A DNA stretch of 64,000 nt from positions 325,059 through 389,058 of the forward strand of contig CAVXGR010000013.1 in assembly GCA_963761335.1 (NCBI GenBank). Reading direction: 5' to 3'. The DNA is from an uncultured delta proteobacterium (lineage in GTDB: Bacteria > Desulfobacterota > Binatia > HRBIN30 > BPIQ01). The position numbers and the translations under genes were made by a program. Below are positions 50,966-59,986 of the stretch, in pieces. Below the pieces are notes generated by a model that was not told the origin of the DNA, did no database searches, and saw only the letters and a list, made by a program, of their open reading frames with translations. How positions within the stretch are numbered: the stretch's first letter is position 1; every line of letters starts with the position of its first letter.

Positions 50966-52822
50966 CTATCCCTGCGCCTCACCGTACAAGCGCTCGATGG
51001 CGGCGGCGTAGCGCTGGTTCACCACTTTGCGCTTCATTTTCATCGTCGGCGTCAGCTCGCCGGAGTCGACCGTCCATTCGCGGGGAAGAATCGCGTACTT
51101 CTTGATGCGCTCGGCGTTGTTCAGGTGGCGGTTGATCTCGTCGATGTAGGATTGCACCTCGGCGTCCACCTCCGGGCTCTGTGCCAGATGCTCGAGGTTT
51201 TGCGGCAGACCGCGCGCCTGCGCCCACGGCAGAGCGGACTCCGCGTCGAGGACCACGAGGGCGGAGACGAACGGCCGCCGGTCGCCGATGACGCACGCCT
51301 GCCCGATCAGCGGCTTCTGCTTCAGCATGTTCTCGATGTTGGACGGCGCGATGTTCTTGCCGCCGGCGGTGATGATGATCTCCTTCTTGCGGTCGACGAT
51401 GCGGATGAAGCCGTCGGCGTCGATCTCGGCGACGTCTCCCGAGTGCAGCCAGCCGTCGGCGTCGAAGGTCTCCGCAGTCAGCTCCTTTTCCCTGTAGTAA
51501 CCGCCGGTGACGTTGCCGCCGCGCACCAAGAGCTCGCCGTCGTCGGCCAGGCGCACCTCGACCCCGGGAACCGGGGGGCCGACGGTGCCGATCCTGGCGG
51601 CGCCGAGCCGATTCCACGACGTGGGGCCGGTGTCCTCGGACTGGCCATAGACCTCGGTGATCGGCACGCCGATGGCGTGGAACCACTCGAGGATCTCGGC
51701 GGCGATCGGGGCGGCGCCGGTGGAGGCGATCTTCACGTCGTCGAGGCCGACCCGCTGGCGCATCATGGCAGTGACCATCTGCGCCCGCTCGACCCGCTCC
51801 ACGAGATCGCCGGGGAGCGGCTGGCGCTGCTGCTCGAGGCGGACCTTCTGCAGGCAGGCATCGATGGCCTCCTTGACCACGAGCCGCTGCTCCTCGGGGA
51901 GCTTGCTGTCGATGGCGGTGGTCAGGCCGTAATAGAGCTTCTCCCAGATGCGCGGCACGGCGAAGAAGAACTCGGGCCGTACCTCCAGCAGGTACTCGCC
52001 GATCTGCTGTGGCGCCGGACAGAAGTAACAGGTGCTCGCCCCGTGGATCTGCAGGTAGTGGCCCACCATGCGCTCGGCGATGTGCGCCAGTGGCAGGTAG
52101 GAGATGTGGCGCATGCCCGGATGGCGCGGGGCGACGCGGGCGAGCGACGCCGCAGTCCACACGACGTTGTAGTGGCTCACCATGACGCCCTTGGGAGGCC
52201 CGGTGGTCCCCGAGGTGTAGATCAGCGTCGCCAGCTCTTCCGGGCGAGTCGCCCGCCAGCGCCGCTCGAAGGCGTGCGCGTCGATGCCGCGCGCCTCGCG
52301 TCCGGCGGCGAGCACGTAGGCATAGGGGACGACCCAGGGATCCTCGATGAAATCCTCGCCGCCTTCGATCATCACCACCTTGCGCACCGTCGGCAGCCGC
52401 CGGCGCAGCGCCGTGATACGCTCCAGGAAGGCGCGGTTCTCGACCACGATGACGGTCGCTGCGCAGTGGTTGATGATGTACTCGAGCTGGTCCGGAGCCA
52501 GGGTGTTGTACAGCGATACGGGCACCGCACCGGCGTGCAGAGTGGCCAGATCGGCGATGTAGTACTCGGGGCGGTTGGCGGAGAAGATGTTGAGGAACTC
52601 GCCGGCCCTCAGGCCGAGCGACACCAGGCCTTCGGAGAAGGCGCGCACCTGGTCGGCGTAGTGGCCCCACGTGCATGAGCTCCACGACCCGTCCTGCCGC
52701 CGCCACGCCAGGGCATCCTCGTCGGCGTACTGCGCCGCCCTCTCCTGAAAAAGCGAGCATACCGTCTGTCCCGCGACGGCGGCATCGATCTCTCGACGCT
52801 CGGCGACTGCATCTGCGCTCAT
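50966..52822 (-). CDS. Long-chain fatty acid-CoA ligase (FAA1/FadD15-like)
   Basis: IYTSGTTGPPKGV, SYLPLAHIAER, EVYGQSE, GWLHSGD, ELTPTMK; GGAGGGG RBS before ATG 52822. Confidence 0.94.
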   Translation of the reverse strand: MSADAVAERREIDAAVAGQTVCSLFQERAAQYADEDALAWRRQDGSWSSCTWGHYADQVRAFSEGLVSLGLRAGEFLNIFSANRPEYYIADLATLHAGAVPVSLYNTLAPDQLEYIINHCAATVIVVENRAFLERITALRRRLPTVRKVVMIEGGEDFIEDPWVVPYAYVLAAGREARGIDAHAFERRWRATRPEELATLIYTSGTTGPPKGVMVSHYNVVWTAASLARVAPRHPGMRHISYLPLAHIAERMVGHYLQIHGASTCYFCPAPQQIGEYLLEVRPEFFFAVPRIWEKLYYGLTTAIDSKLPEEQRLVVKEAIDACLQKVRLEQQRQPLPGDLVERVERAQMVTAMMRQRVGLDDVKIASTGAAPIAAEILEWFHAIGVPITEVYGQSEDTGPTSWNRLGAARIGTVGPPVPGVEVRLADDGELLVRGGNVTGGYYREKELTAETFDADGWLHSGDVAEIDADGFIRIVDRKKEIIITAGGKNIAPSNIENMLKQKPLIGQACVIGDRRPFVSALVVLDAESALPWAQARGLPQNLEHLAQSPEVDAEVQSYIDEINRHLNNAERIKKYAILPREWTVDSGELTPTMKMKRKVVNQRYAAAIERLYGEAQG

Positions 52823-52882
52823 CGCTGCTTCCCCTCCGCTTGCGGAATCATATTTCATTCCGGGTGCGGGGGTCCAGATGAA

Positions 52883-52962
52883 AAGGGTGGCTCAGGATCG
52901 TGGCTCAGTATCTCGGTGCCTCGGGGCCACCGAGATCCTGAGCCACCGAGAAACCGAGCAAC
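52883..52962. repeat. Inverted 8-mer tandem array, copy 1
   Basis: Units CCGAGATC/CTGAGCCA/CCGAGAAA/CCGAGCAA; 19-bp inverted repeat 52900-52918/52928-52946 with 1 mismatch. Confidence 0.75.
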
Positions 52963-52966
52963 AATC

Positions 52967-53248
52967 TTACGAGCGGCGGCGCGACTTCGAGGCGGGGGGT
53001 TGAGTGGGTGCGGTCTCCGGGGCGCTGGTGACGATGGTGGCGAGGCGGGCACCGCGCGCCCAGCGCACCTGCTTGTTCTTGGTCAGGGCGTGGAAGCGGT
53101 TGTAGTGCCGCACGGCGTGGGTGATGTAGGTGTCGAGCGAGATGCGGGCCGCTGCCGACAGTCGACCGGACTCGGCCAGAACTTCCGTGTCGATTTTGAC
53201 GTTAAGTGAGGCCGTGCGCTGGCCGCCTCTGTGCGCTCGAGTGGGCAT
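52967..53248 (-). CDS. Small basic protein, possible ribbon-helix-helix DNA-binding domain
   Basis: GGAGG RBS; SLNVKID strand followed by two helices (TEVLAESGRLSAA-RISLDTYITHAVRHY). Confidence 0.55.
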   Translation of the reverse strand: MPTRAHRGGQRTASLNVKIDTEVLAESGRLSAAARISLDTYITHAVRHYNRFHALTKNKQVRWARGARLATIVTSAPETAPTQPPASKSRRRS

Positions 53249-53459
53249 GTTTCGCCTCCGTCCCCCTTTCGACGCTCTCGTGGCCGTTTCATTTACAGGC
53301 ATCCGCCGAGCGGATCAACCTTCATAAGTGGTCGCCGGCGATTTTTTGTGCCTTGAAGGGCGACCGGCGACCGGCGAATTTCGCCATTCGAGGGATCTCG
53401 TGACAGCGGTCGCCACCCATCGCCTTCCCTTTTGTGGAGCCTTTGGCTATGGCGGCGCC

Positions 53460-54176
53460 ATGCGCCCCGCGGCGATCCGCGCCGAGCGGCTGACGCGCCG
53501 CTTCGGCCCCGTCACCGCCCTGCATCCTCTCGATCTCACCGTCGCCGCCGGTGAGGCGCTCGCCATTCTCGGACCCAATGGAGCCGGCAAGACAACGCTC
53601 TTGCGCCTCTGTGGGACGCTCTTGCGGCCCAGCGCCGGGCGCGTCGAGCTTTTCGGCATCGACCTTCGCTCGGCTCCGGCGTCGGTCCGCGGCCGCATCG
53701 GGGTCCTCTCGCACCAGAGCTTTCTCTACCCCGACCTCAGCCCGGCGGAGAATCTCCTGTTCTATGGGCGCATGTTCGGCCTCGCCGACCCTTCGGACCG
53801 CGCCGCCGAGTGCATCGAGCGCGTCGGCCTGCGCGGCTGGGCGCAGCGACCGGTGCGCACCCTGTCGCGCGGCCTCGAGCAGCGCTGCGCCCTGGCGCGG
53901 GCGCTGCTCCATGATCCCGAGCTCCTGCTTCTCGACGAGCCCTTCAGCGGCCTCGATCTCGACGCCACCGAGAGCATCGAGGTCTTGCTGCGCGAGGAGC
54001 AGAGCCGCGGGGTCACCATCGTGCTCACCACTCACGATCTCGCCCGCGGCTTCGCCCTCTGCCAGCGGGCGATCGTCCTGGTGCGCGGCAAGCTCCGCCA
54101 CGACGGCGCTCTCAGCGGCGCCGAGCGCCCCGCCTTCGAGCAGCACTACGCCGCGCTGGCGCGCCTGGCGCGCTGA
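53460..54176 (+). CDS. ccmA: Heme ABC exporter ATP-binding subunit
   Basis: GPNGAGKTT, LSRGLEQR..LARAL, LLLDEP; directly upstream of ccmB and ccmC. Confidence 0.88.
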   Translation: MRPAAIRAERLTRRFGPVTALHPLDLTVAAGEALAILGPNGAGKTTLLRLCGTLLRPSAGRVELFGIDLRSAPASVRGRIGVLSHQSFLYPDLSPAENLLFYGRMFGLADPSDRAAECIERVGLRGWAQRPVRTLSRGLEQRCALARALLHDPELLLLDEPFSGLDLDATESIEVLLREEQSRGVTIVLTTHDLARGFALCQRAIVLVRGKLRHDGALSGAERPAFEQHYAALARLAR

Positions 54177-54180
54177 GAAG

Positions 54181-54325
54181 AAGGGTGGCTCAGTGGCTCG
54201 GTTTCTCAGTGTCCCAGTGGCTAGAAGGAGCGGTCGCTTCGTATGTCGGTGTGTCGGTGGTTGCGTTGCTCGGCAGCTCGGTTTGAGTATAACCGAGCTG
54301 CCGAGATACTGAGCCGCCGAGCCAC
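54181..54325. repeat. Inverted 8-mer tandem array, copy 2
   Basis: Begins with the same AAGGGTGGCTCAG as copy 1; 15-bp perfect inverted repeat 54269-54283/54291-54305. Confidence 0.75.
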
Positions 54326-54335
54326 GTTCTTCCGT

Positions 54336-54995
54336 ATGTTTCCACTGATCTGGAAAGACCTCCTGGTCGAGTTCCGCACCAAGGAGACGCTCGCCTCGCT
54401 GCTGATGCTCGGGCTCCTGACCTTGCTGGTGCTGAGCTTCGCCTTCGATCCGGCGAGTGAGCTGCGCCCCTTGGCGGCACCGGGCACTCTGTGGGTCGCG
54501 GTGATCTTCGCCGGCGTTCTCGGCATCAACCGCTCCTTTCTCGCCGAGCGCGACAACGACTGTCTCCAGGGCCTGCTCCTCTGCCCCGTCGATCGCGGCT
54601 CGATCTATCTCGCCAAGACGGCCGGAAACACGCTGTTCATGCTGGCGGCACAGCTGTTCATCGTTCCCATCTTCGTCATCTTCTTCAATCTCTCTCCGTC
54701 GCTGGCGCTGTTGCGCCTGTTTCTCGTGCTCGCCCTGGGCGTGCTCGGCTTCGCCGCCGCCGGCACCTTGTTCGCGGCGATCTCGGTGCGCACCCGGGCG
54801 CGGGAGGTGATGCTGCCGCTGCTGCTGTTGCCGCTGGTCATCCCCGTGTTCATCGCCGGCGTCAGCGCCACCGCCAAGATCCTCGAGGGCAAGCCCCTCG
54901 GCGAGGTTGCCCGCTGGATCAATCTGCTCATCGGCTACGACGTCATCGTCGTCACCCTGGGCTGGATGATCTTCGAGTACGCCGTCGAAGAGTGA
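54336..54995 (+). CDS. ccmB: Heme exporter permease
   Basis: WKDL..EFR, LWVA.IFAG, E..NDCL.GL, LPLLLLPL.IP; multiple TM helices. Confidence 0.92.
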   Translation: MFPLIWKDLLVEFRTKETLASLLMLGLLTLLVLSFAFDPASELRPLAAPGTLWVAVIFAGVLGINRSFLAERDNDCLQGLLLCPVDRGSIYLAKTAGNTLFMLAAQLFIVPIFVIFFNLSPSLALLRLFLVLALGVLGFAAAGTLFAAISVRTRAREVMLPLLLLPLVIPVFIAGVSATAKILEGKPLGEVARWINLLIGYDVIVVTLGWMIFEYAVEE

Positions 54996-55053
54996 GCCCC
55001 CGAGCCACCGCGAAGCTGTTCCCTCTTCTCGCCGGCGCTGCTAAAGGGCAGCT

Positions 55054-55773
55054 ATGTCTCGGAATCGAGAGTCCATCCCGCGGTTCCTGGCCGACAGCGT
55101 CTTGCCGCCGGTGTCGTTGATCGCCATGACCGCTGCCCTGTTCATGGTCTTCATCTACGTGCCTACCGACGAGTTCCAGGGCATCGTGCAGCGCATTTTC
55201 TACTTCCACGTGCCGGCGGCCATCGTGACCTTTGTCGCCATCGGGGTGGTGGCCCTCGGCAGCATCATGTTCCTCTGGCGCGGCAGCGAGGCCTGGGATC
55301 GGCTGGCGCACTCCGCCGCCGAGGTCGGGCTGACCTTCTGCACCATCGTCCTCACCACCGGACCCATCTGGGCGCGCCCGATCTGGGGGACGTGGTGGAC
55401 CTGGGACGCGCGGCTGACCACGACCCTGATCCTCTGGCTCATCTACGTCGCCTATCTGATGCTGCGCGCCTTCGCGCCGAGTCGCGAGCTGGGAGCGCGC
55501 TACGCCGCCGTTCTCGGCGTCGTCGGCGCCATCGACGTGCCGATTATCAACCGCTCGGTGTACTGGTGGCGAACCATCCATCCGGCCGTCCTGCAGATGC
55601 GCGGCGGCGGCACGGGGCTCACTGACCCGCGCATGCAGCTCACCCTGCTGGTCTGCTTCATCGCCTTCTTCCTAGTCGCCACCTGGCTCTTGTGGGTTCG
55701 CTACGAGACCGGCCGACTGAATGACGATCTCGCTGCTCTACAGCAGCAAGCCATGGCAGGAGCGGAGGCGTGA
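55054..55773 (+). CDS. ccmC: Heme chaperone membrane protein with WWD motif
   Basis: RIFYFHVP, WARPIWGTWWTWDARLT, WWRTIHP. Confidence 0.95.
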   Translation: MSRNRESIPRFLADSVLPPVSLIAMTAALFMVFIYVPTDEFQGIVQRIFYFHVPAAIVTFVAIGVVALGSIMFLWRGSEAWDRLAHSAAEVGLTFCTIVLTTGPIWARPIWGTWWTWDARLTTTLILWLIYVAYLMLRAFAPSRELGARYAAVLGVVGAIDVPIINRSVYWWRTIHPAVLQMRGGGTGLTDPRMQLTLLVCFIAFFLVATWLLWVRYETGRLNDDLAALQQQAMAGAEA

Positions 55774-55958
55774 TGGATCGAATGTCGTTCCTGTTCGCCG
55801 CCTACACGGCGGTCTGGGTTCTTCTCTTCGTCTACATCAACATTCTCTCGCGCCGGAATCGCCGCATGGAGGAGGAGATCGGCGAGCTGCGCGATCTCCT
55901 CCAGCAGCGGGAAGGGCACGCGCCGAGCCCGCATGCGGGAGCCGGGGGGCGGGACTGA
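55770..55958 (+). CDS. ccmD: CcmD family protein
   Basis: FLFAAYTAVWVLLFVY TM followed by a charged coil; directly after ccmC. Confidence 0.8.
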   Translation: MMDRMSFLFAAYTAVWVLLFVYINILSRRNRRMEEEIGELRDLLQQREGHAPSPHAGAGGRD

Positions 55959-55983
55959 TCCCCGGCTCCGCACTGGTCGAGGA

Positions 55984-56748
55984 ATGCCCGCGCTCGCCGG
56001 CCAGAATGCCCTGATCACCGGTGCCGCCGGCGGCATCGGCCGCGCCATCTCCCTGCGACTGGCGGCGGAGGGGGCGCGTATCGCGGCAGTCGACCTCAAC
56101 ATCTCCGGCGCCGAGCAGACGGTGGAGGATCTGCGGCAGAAGGGCGGCGAAGGCATGGCCATTCGCGCCGACGTCGCCGATCTGCGCCAGGCGCAGGCGG
56201 CGGTGAGCCGGGCCGTCGACGGTCTGGGTGCGGTCGACATCCTGGTGAACAACGCCGGCTGGGACAAGGTCGAGCCCTTCGTGCGCAACGCCCCCGAGCT
56301 CTGGGACCGGCTGATCGCCATCAATCTGCGCGGGCCGATCCATTTCACCCGCGCCGCCCTCGACGGCATGATCGAGCGCAACCGCGGCAAGATCGTCTTC
56401 ATCAGCTCCGACGCCGGCCGCGTCGGCAGCAGCGGCGAAGCGGTGTACGCCGCCTGCAAGGGCGGGGTCATTGCCTTTGCCAAGACGATCGCGCGGGAGC
56501 ACGCGCGCCATCACATCAACGTCAATGTGGTCTGTCCCGGGCCGACGAACACGCCGCTGCTCGCCGGCATCACCGCCGCCGCCGACGGCGCCAAGCTGAT
56601 CGAGGCGATGAAGCGCAGCATTCCCTTCCGCCGTCTGGGCGAGCCGGACGACATTGCCGGCGCCGTCGCCTTCTTCTGCTCCCCCGCCTCCGATTTCATC
56701 ACCGGTCAGGTGCTCAGCGTCAGCGGCGGCCTGACCATGGTCGGCTGA
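55984..56748 (+). CDS. SDR oxidoreductase, resembling 2-hydroxycyclohexanecarboxyl-CoA dehydrogenase (BadH)
   Basis: TGAAGGIG, NNAGWD, SDAGRVGSSGEAVYAACKGG, CPGPT.TPL, SVSGGLTM. Confidence 0.85.
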   Translation: MPALAGQNALITGAAGGIGRAISLRLAAEGARIAAVDLNISGAEQTVEDLRQKGGEGMAIRADVADLRQAQAAVSRAVDGLGAVDILVNNAGWDKVEPFVRNAPELWDRLIAINLRGPIHFTRAALDGMIERNRGKIVFISSDAGRVGSSGEAVYAACKGGVIAFAKTIAREHARHHINVNVVCPGPTNTPLLAGITAAADGAKLIEAMKRSIPFRRLGEPDDIAGAVAFFCSPASDFITGQVLSVSGGLTMVG

Positions 56749-56782
56749 CCCCGGGGACCGCGGCCAGCCTGGCCGCTCCCCC

Positions 56783-57046
56783 TCACCCCTTGGCGAAGCC
56801 CGCGACCCGATGTCCGGGCCGTCCCTTGGTGTCCGTGCAGGGCTCGACGAGGTTGCGGCCGCCGCACTTCGGGCAGGGAAAGAAGCGCGTCTCGCCGTCC
56901 GCCTCTGCTTGCCAGACGAGGTCGACGTACAGCACGTTGTCGCTGTTCACCTCGTATCCCAGAAGCCCGCGGCACTCGGGATTCAGGCATTTCAGGACGT
57001 GGATGTCCGCCCCCTTGGGCTTCGGCTTCTCGGGACCCGTTGCCAT
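56783..57046 (-). CDS. Small hypothetical Zn-ribbon protein
   Basis: CLNPEC and CPKCGG pairs; coding-like codon usage. Confidence 0.7.
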   Translation of the reverse strand: MATGPEKPKPKGADIHVLKCLNPECRGLLGYEVNSDNVLYVDLVWQAEADGETRFFPCPKCGGRNLVEPCTDTKGRPGHRVAGFAKG

Positions 57047-57168
57047 GGAACGCCCATACCACGGCGAAAAGGGCGCAGGCTACCCGGAGATCGCCGCCCG
57101 CGCAGTTGAACCCACGGCGCGGATGGACGAGTCTGGGACGCGACAGTCGACGTCCCGGCCCATCTCGC

Positions 57169-57825
57169 ATGCGATTCCTGCGCTGGCTTCTCTGCGCCGC
57201 CCTGCTGGCCACCTCGCTCGTTGCGGCGGCGCTCCTCTACCTGCGCTTTCTGCCGCCCCTGGTGACCGCGGTGCAGATCCAGCAGTGGCTGGCCTATAGT
57301 GCCAGCGCCGATCCGCCGCAGTTCCACAGCGAATGGGTGCCTCTGGAGCGCATCTCCGCAGACCTGCAGCACGCCGTGATCGCCTCGGAGGACAGCCGCT
57401 TCTACCGGCACAGCGGCCTCGACCTGATCGAGATGCGCAAGTCGCTGCAGGAGGACCTCGAGGAGGGGGAGATCCGCCGCGGCGGCTCGACCATCACCCA
57501 GCAGCTCGTGAAGAACCTCTTCCTCACCACCAGTCGCTCCTTCGTTCGCAAGGCGATCGAGGTGCCGCTGGCGCTGCTGGCGGATCTGATCCTGCCGAAG
57601 CGCCGTATTCTCGAGCTGTACCTGAATGTCGTCGAGTGGGCCCCTGGCGTCTACGGTGCCGAGGCGGCGGCTCGGCATTATTACGGCATCCCCGCCAGCC
57701 AGGTCGGTCGCGAGCAGGCGGCGCGTTTGGCCGCCGTGCTCCCCTCGCCGCGGCGTCGCCGTCCGGAGCGCATGAGCCATTCGGCGGCGAGAATCATGCG
57801 GCGCATGCGGCAGATGGGTTGGTGA
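57169..57825 (+). CDS. mtgA: Monofunctional peptidoglycan transglycosylase
   Basis: N-terminal TM, SEDSRFYRH.G.D, RGGSTITQQLVKNLFL, RKAIE, KRRILELYLN..EW. Confidence 0.92.
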   Translation: MRFLRWLLCAALLATSLVAAALLYLRFLPPLVTAVQIQQWLAYSASADPPQFHSEWVPLERISADLQHAVIASEDSRFYRHSGLDLIEMRKSLQEDLEEGEIRRGGSTITQQLVKNLFLTTSRSFVRKAIEVPLALLADLILPKRRILELYLNVVEWAPGVYGAEAAARHYYGIPASQVGREQAARLAAVLPSPRRRRPERMSHSAARIMRRMRQMGW

Positions 57826-57950
57826 ACAGGGGGGCCGGTTATTCCCAGCCCCGAGAAAGGTGCCTGCGCAAATTGGTCGCCCGCTCCTGCCACTGCCGTG
57901 GTACGGCGAATGCAGCTCTGGTCGGTATCCTATCCGGGAGGGAGCTGCCG

Positions 57951-59468
57951 ATGTCCTACGCCCATTACGAGAGACTCAGTGCGCTGGACGCGACCTTTCT
58001 CGAGGTCGAGGATGGCAACGCCCACATGCATGTCGGCGCTGTCTGCCTGTTCGACGCGGCGCCGCTCACCGGCGCCGGCGGGATCGTCGACGTCGAACGC
58101 ATTCGCCGGTTGATCCAGGCCGGGATACACAAGATGCCGCGGTATCAGCAGCGTCTGATGTGGACGCCGCTGTTCGGCTATCCGGTCTGGGTCGACGACG
58201 AGCGCTTCAACATCAATTACCACGTGCGCCACGTCAGCCTGCCGCGACCGGGCGACGAGCGCCTGCTCAAGAGGCTGGCCGGGCGCATCATGTCCCAGCA
58301 GCTCGACCGCGGTAAGCCGCTCTGGGAGCTCTGGGTGGTCGACGGCCTGGAGGGGAACCGCATCGCCCTCATCAACAAGGCGCACCACTGCATGATCGAC
58401 GGTGTCGGCAGCGTCGAGCTCACCGGCGTGATGATGCGGGCCACCGCCGAGCTGGAGCAGGCCGCCAACGAGGAGCCGCCGCGGTGGCTGGTGCGGCCTG
58501 CACCCAGCGGGCTCGAGCTCCTCGCCGGCGAGCTCGGGCGCCGCGCCGCCGAGCCGCTGGCGCTGCTGCGGGCGGCCGAACGGGGTCTTGCCGACCCGGC
58601 GGGTGCCCTGCGCGACATCGCCGGCGCCGCCCGCGGCGTGGGCGAGGCGATCGCCGCCGGACTGCTGCCCGCGTCGGCGACGCCGCTCAACCTGGCCATC
58701 GGCCCGCACCGCCGCTTCGACTGGTTCGAGATGGAGCTGTCGACCCTCAAGGACATCAAGAATGCCCTGGGAGGAACGCTCAACGACGTGGTCCTGGCGA
58801 TCGCCGCCGGGGCCCTGAGTCGGTTTCTCCACGGGCGCGGCATTCGCGGGGAGGAGCTCGATTTTCGCGCCATGATTCCGGTAAACGTGCGCGCCGAGGA
58901 GCAGCGCGAGAGCATGGGCAATCAGGTGAGCATGATGGTGGCCCGCCTGCCGCTGGGTGAGCGCGACCCTCGCCGCCGCCTCCAGCAGGTGACCCGGATC
59001 ACCGGGGAGCTGAAGCAATCGAAGCAGGCGGCCGGCGTCCGCACCCTCGAAGAGGTCAGCGATTGGACCTTCACCACCATCTTCTCGGCTTTTGCGCGGC
59101 TGGCGGCGGCGACCCGGCCCTACAACATCGTCATCACCAATGTGCCGGGGCCACAGTTCCCGACCTACCTGCTGGGTGCGCAGATGCGCACCGTCTATCC
59201 CCTGGTCCCCCTCTATAAGAACCAGGCGCTCGGCATTGCCCTCTTCAGCTACAACGGGCGGCTGTTCTGGGGGTTCAACGCAGACTGGGACGCGGTCCCC
59301 GACCTCCACGACCTGGTGAACGCCGTCGCCAGGGAGTTCGAGCTCCTCCGGGCGGCTGCCGCAGTGCAGCGCCCGCCGGCTGCGGCCGCGGAGCCGGTGC
59401 GCGCACCCGCCCGCCGGGCGAGGCAGCGCCGCTCCGGCGCCGCCTCGCGCCGCCGCGCCACCCGCTGA
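57951..59468 (+). CDS. Wax ester synthase / diacylglycerol acyltransferase
   Basis: RLSALDATFL, LDRGKPLWE, catalytic HHCMIDG, TLNDVVLA, ITNVPGP. Confidence 0.95.
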   Translation: MSYAHYERLSALDATFLEVEDGNAHMHVGAVCLFDAAPLTGAGGIVDVERIRRLIQAGIHKMPRYQQRLMWTPLFGYPVWVDDERFNINYHVRHVSLPRPGDERLLKRLAGRIMSQQLDRGKPLWELWVVDGLEGNRIALINKAHHCMIDGVGSVELTGVMMRATAELEQAANEEPPRWLVRPAPSGLELLAGELGRRAAEPLALLRAAERGLADPAGALRDIAGAARGVGEAIAAGLLPASATPLNLAIGPHRRFDWFEMELSTLKDIKNALGGTLNDVVLAIAAGALSRFLHGRGIRGEELDFRAMIPVNVRAEEQRESMGNQVSMMVARLPLGERDPRRRLQQVTRITGELKQSKQAAGVRTLEEVSDWTFTTIFSAFARLAAATRPYNIVITNVPGPQFPTYLLGAQMRTVYPLVPLYKNQALGIALFSYNGRLFWGFNADWDAVPDLHDLVNAVAREFELLRAAAAVQRPPAAAAEPVRAPARRARQRRSGAASRRRATR

Positions 59469-59512
59469 AGCGGTCGTAGCGGCGACTGAAGTTCGTCTGG
59501 AGTCTGGATGTT

Positions 59513-59717
59513 GTCGCCCCGCAGGGGCGCGAGCATGTAGCCCCGGGTTTGTGCTGAGGCTGTCTCAAAACCCGGGCAAAACGATTCCGCCGGCCCGCGG
59601 GCCAAGGTAGAAGCGGCGTCTCGCCGCTTCGGAAAGCGCCGGGACGGCGCTTCTACTCCGCTTTGAGACAGCCTCTGCGAACCCGGGGCTACATGCTCGC
59701 GCCCCTGACGGGGCGAC
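59513..59717. mobile_element. Nested non-autonomous element: family A REP arms around a 14-bp-TIR MITE containing a family B REP doublet
   Basis: Outer inverted repeat 59513-59549/59680-59717; GAGGCTGTCTCAAA 59556-59569 and TTTGAGACAGCCTC 59662-59675; doublet 59607-59656. Confidence 0.75.
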
Positions 59718-59986
59718 GTTTCCCCGATGTCAGCGTCCAAACCCGAGACGGGCGCACCGGAGGTGCGCCTGCGGAAGGTGGGGACGCCACCCATCCGAAT
59801 GCCCGCGGATGCACCCGCGGCCCTCCCAAGGTGAGCGAATCAGCGACAACGGTGACTCGTATGTGTCATTCACGACGATTATGTGTCATTTCGATGAAAT
59901 TTCCTTGACTAAGCCTTGGCCCCGGCCGATAAAGTATCGTCCGCATCTGGGGGGCACCTTTTTCACAAATTACGGGGGGACTTGGG

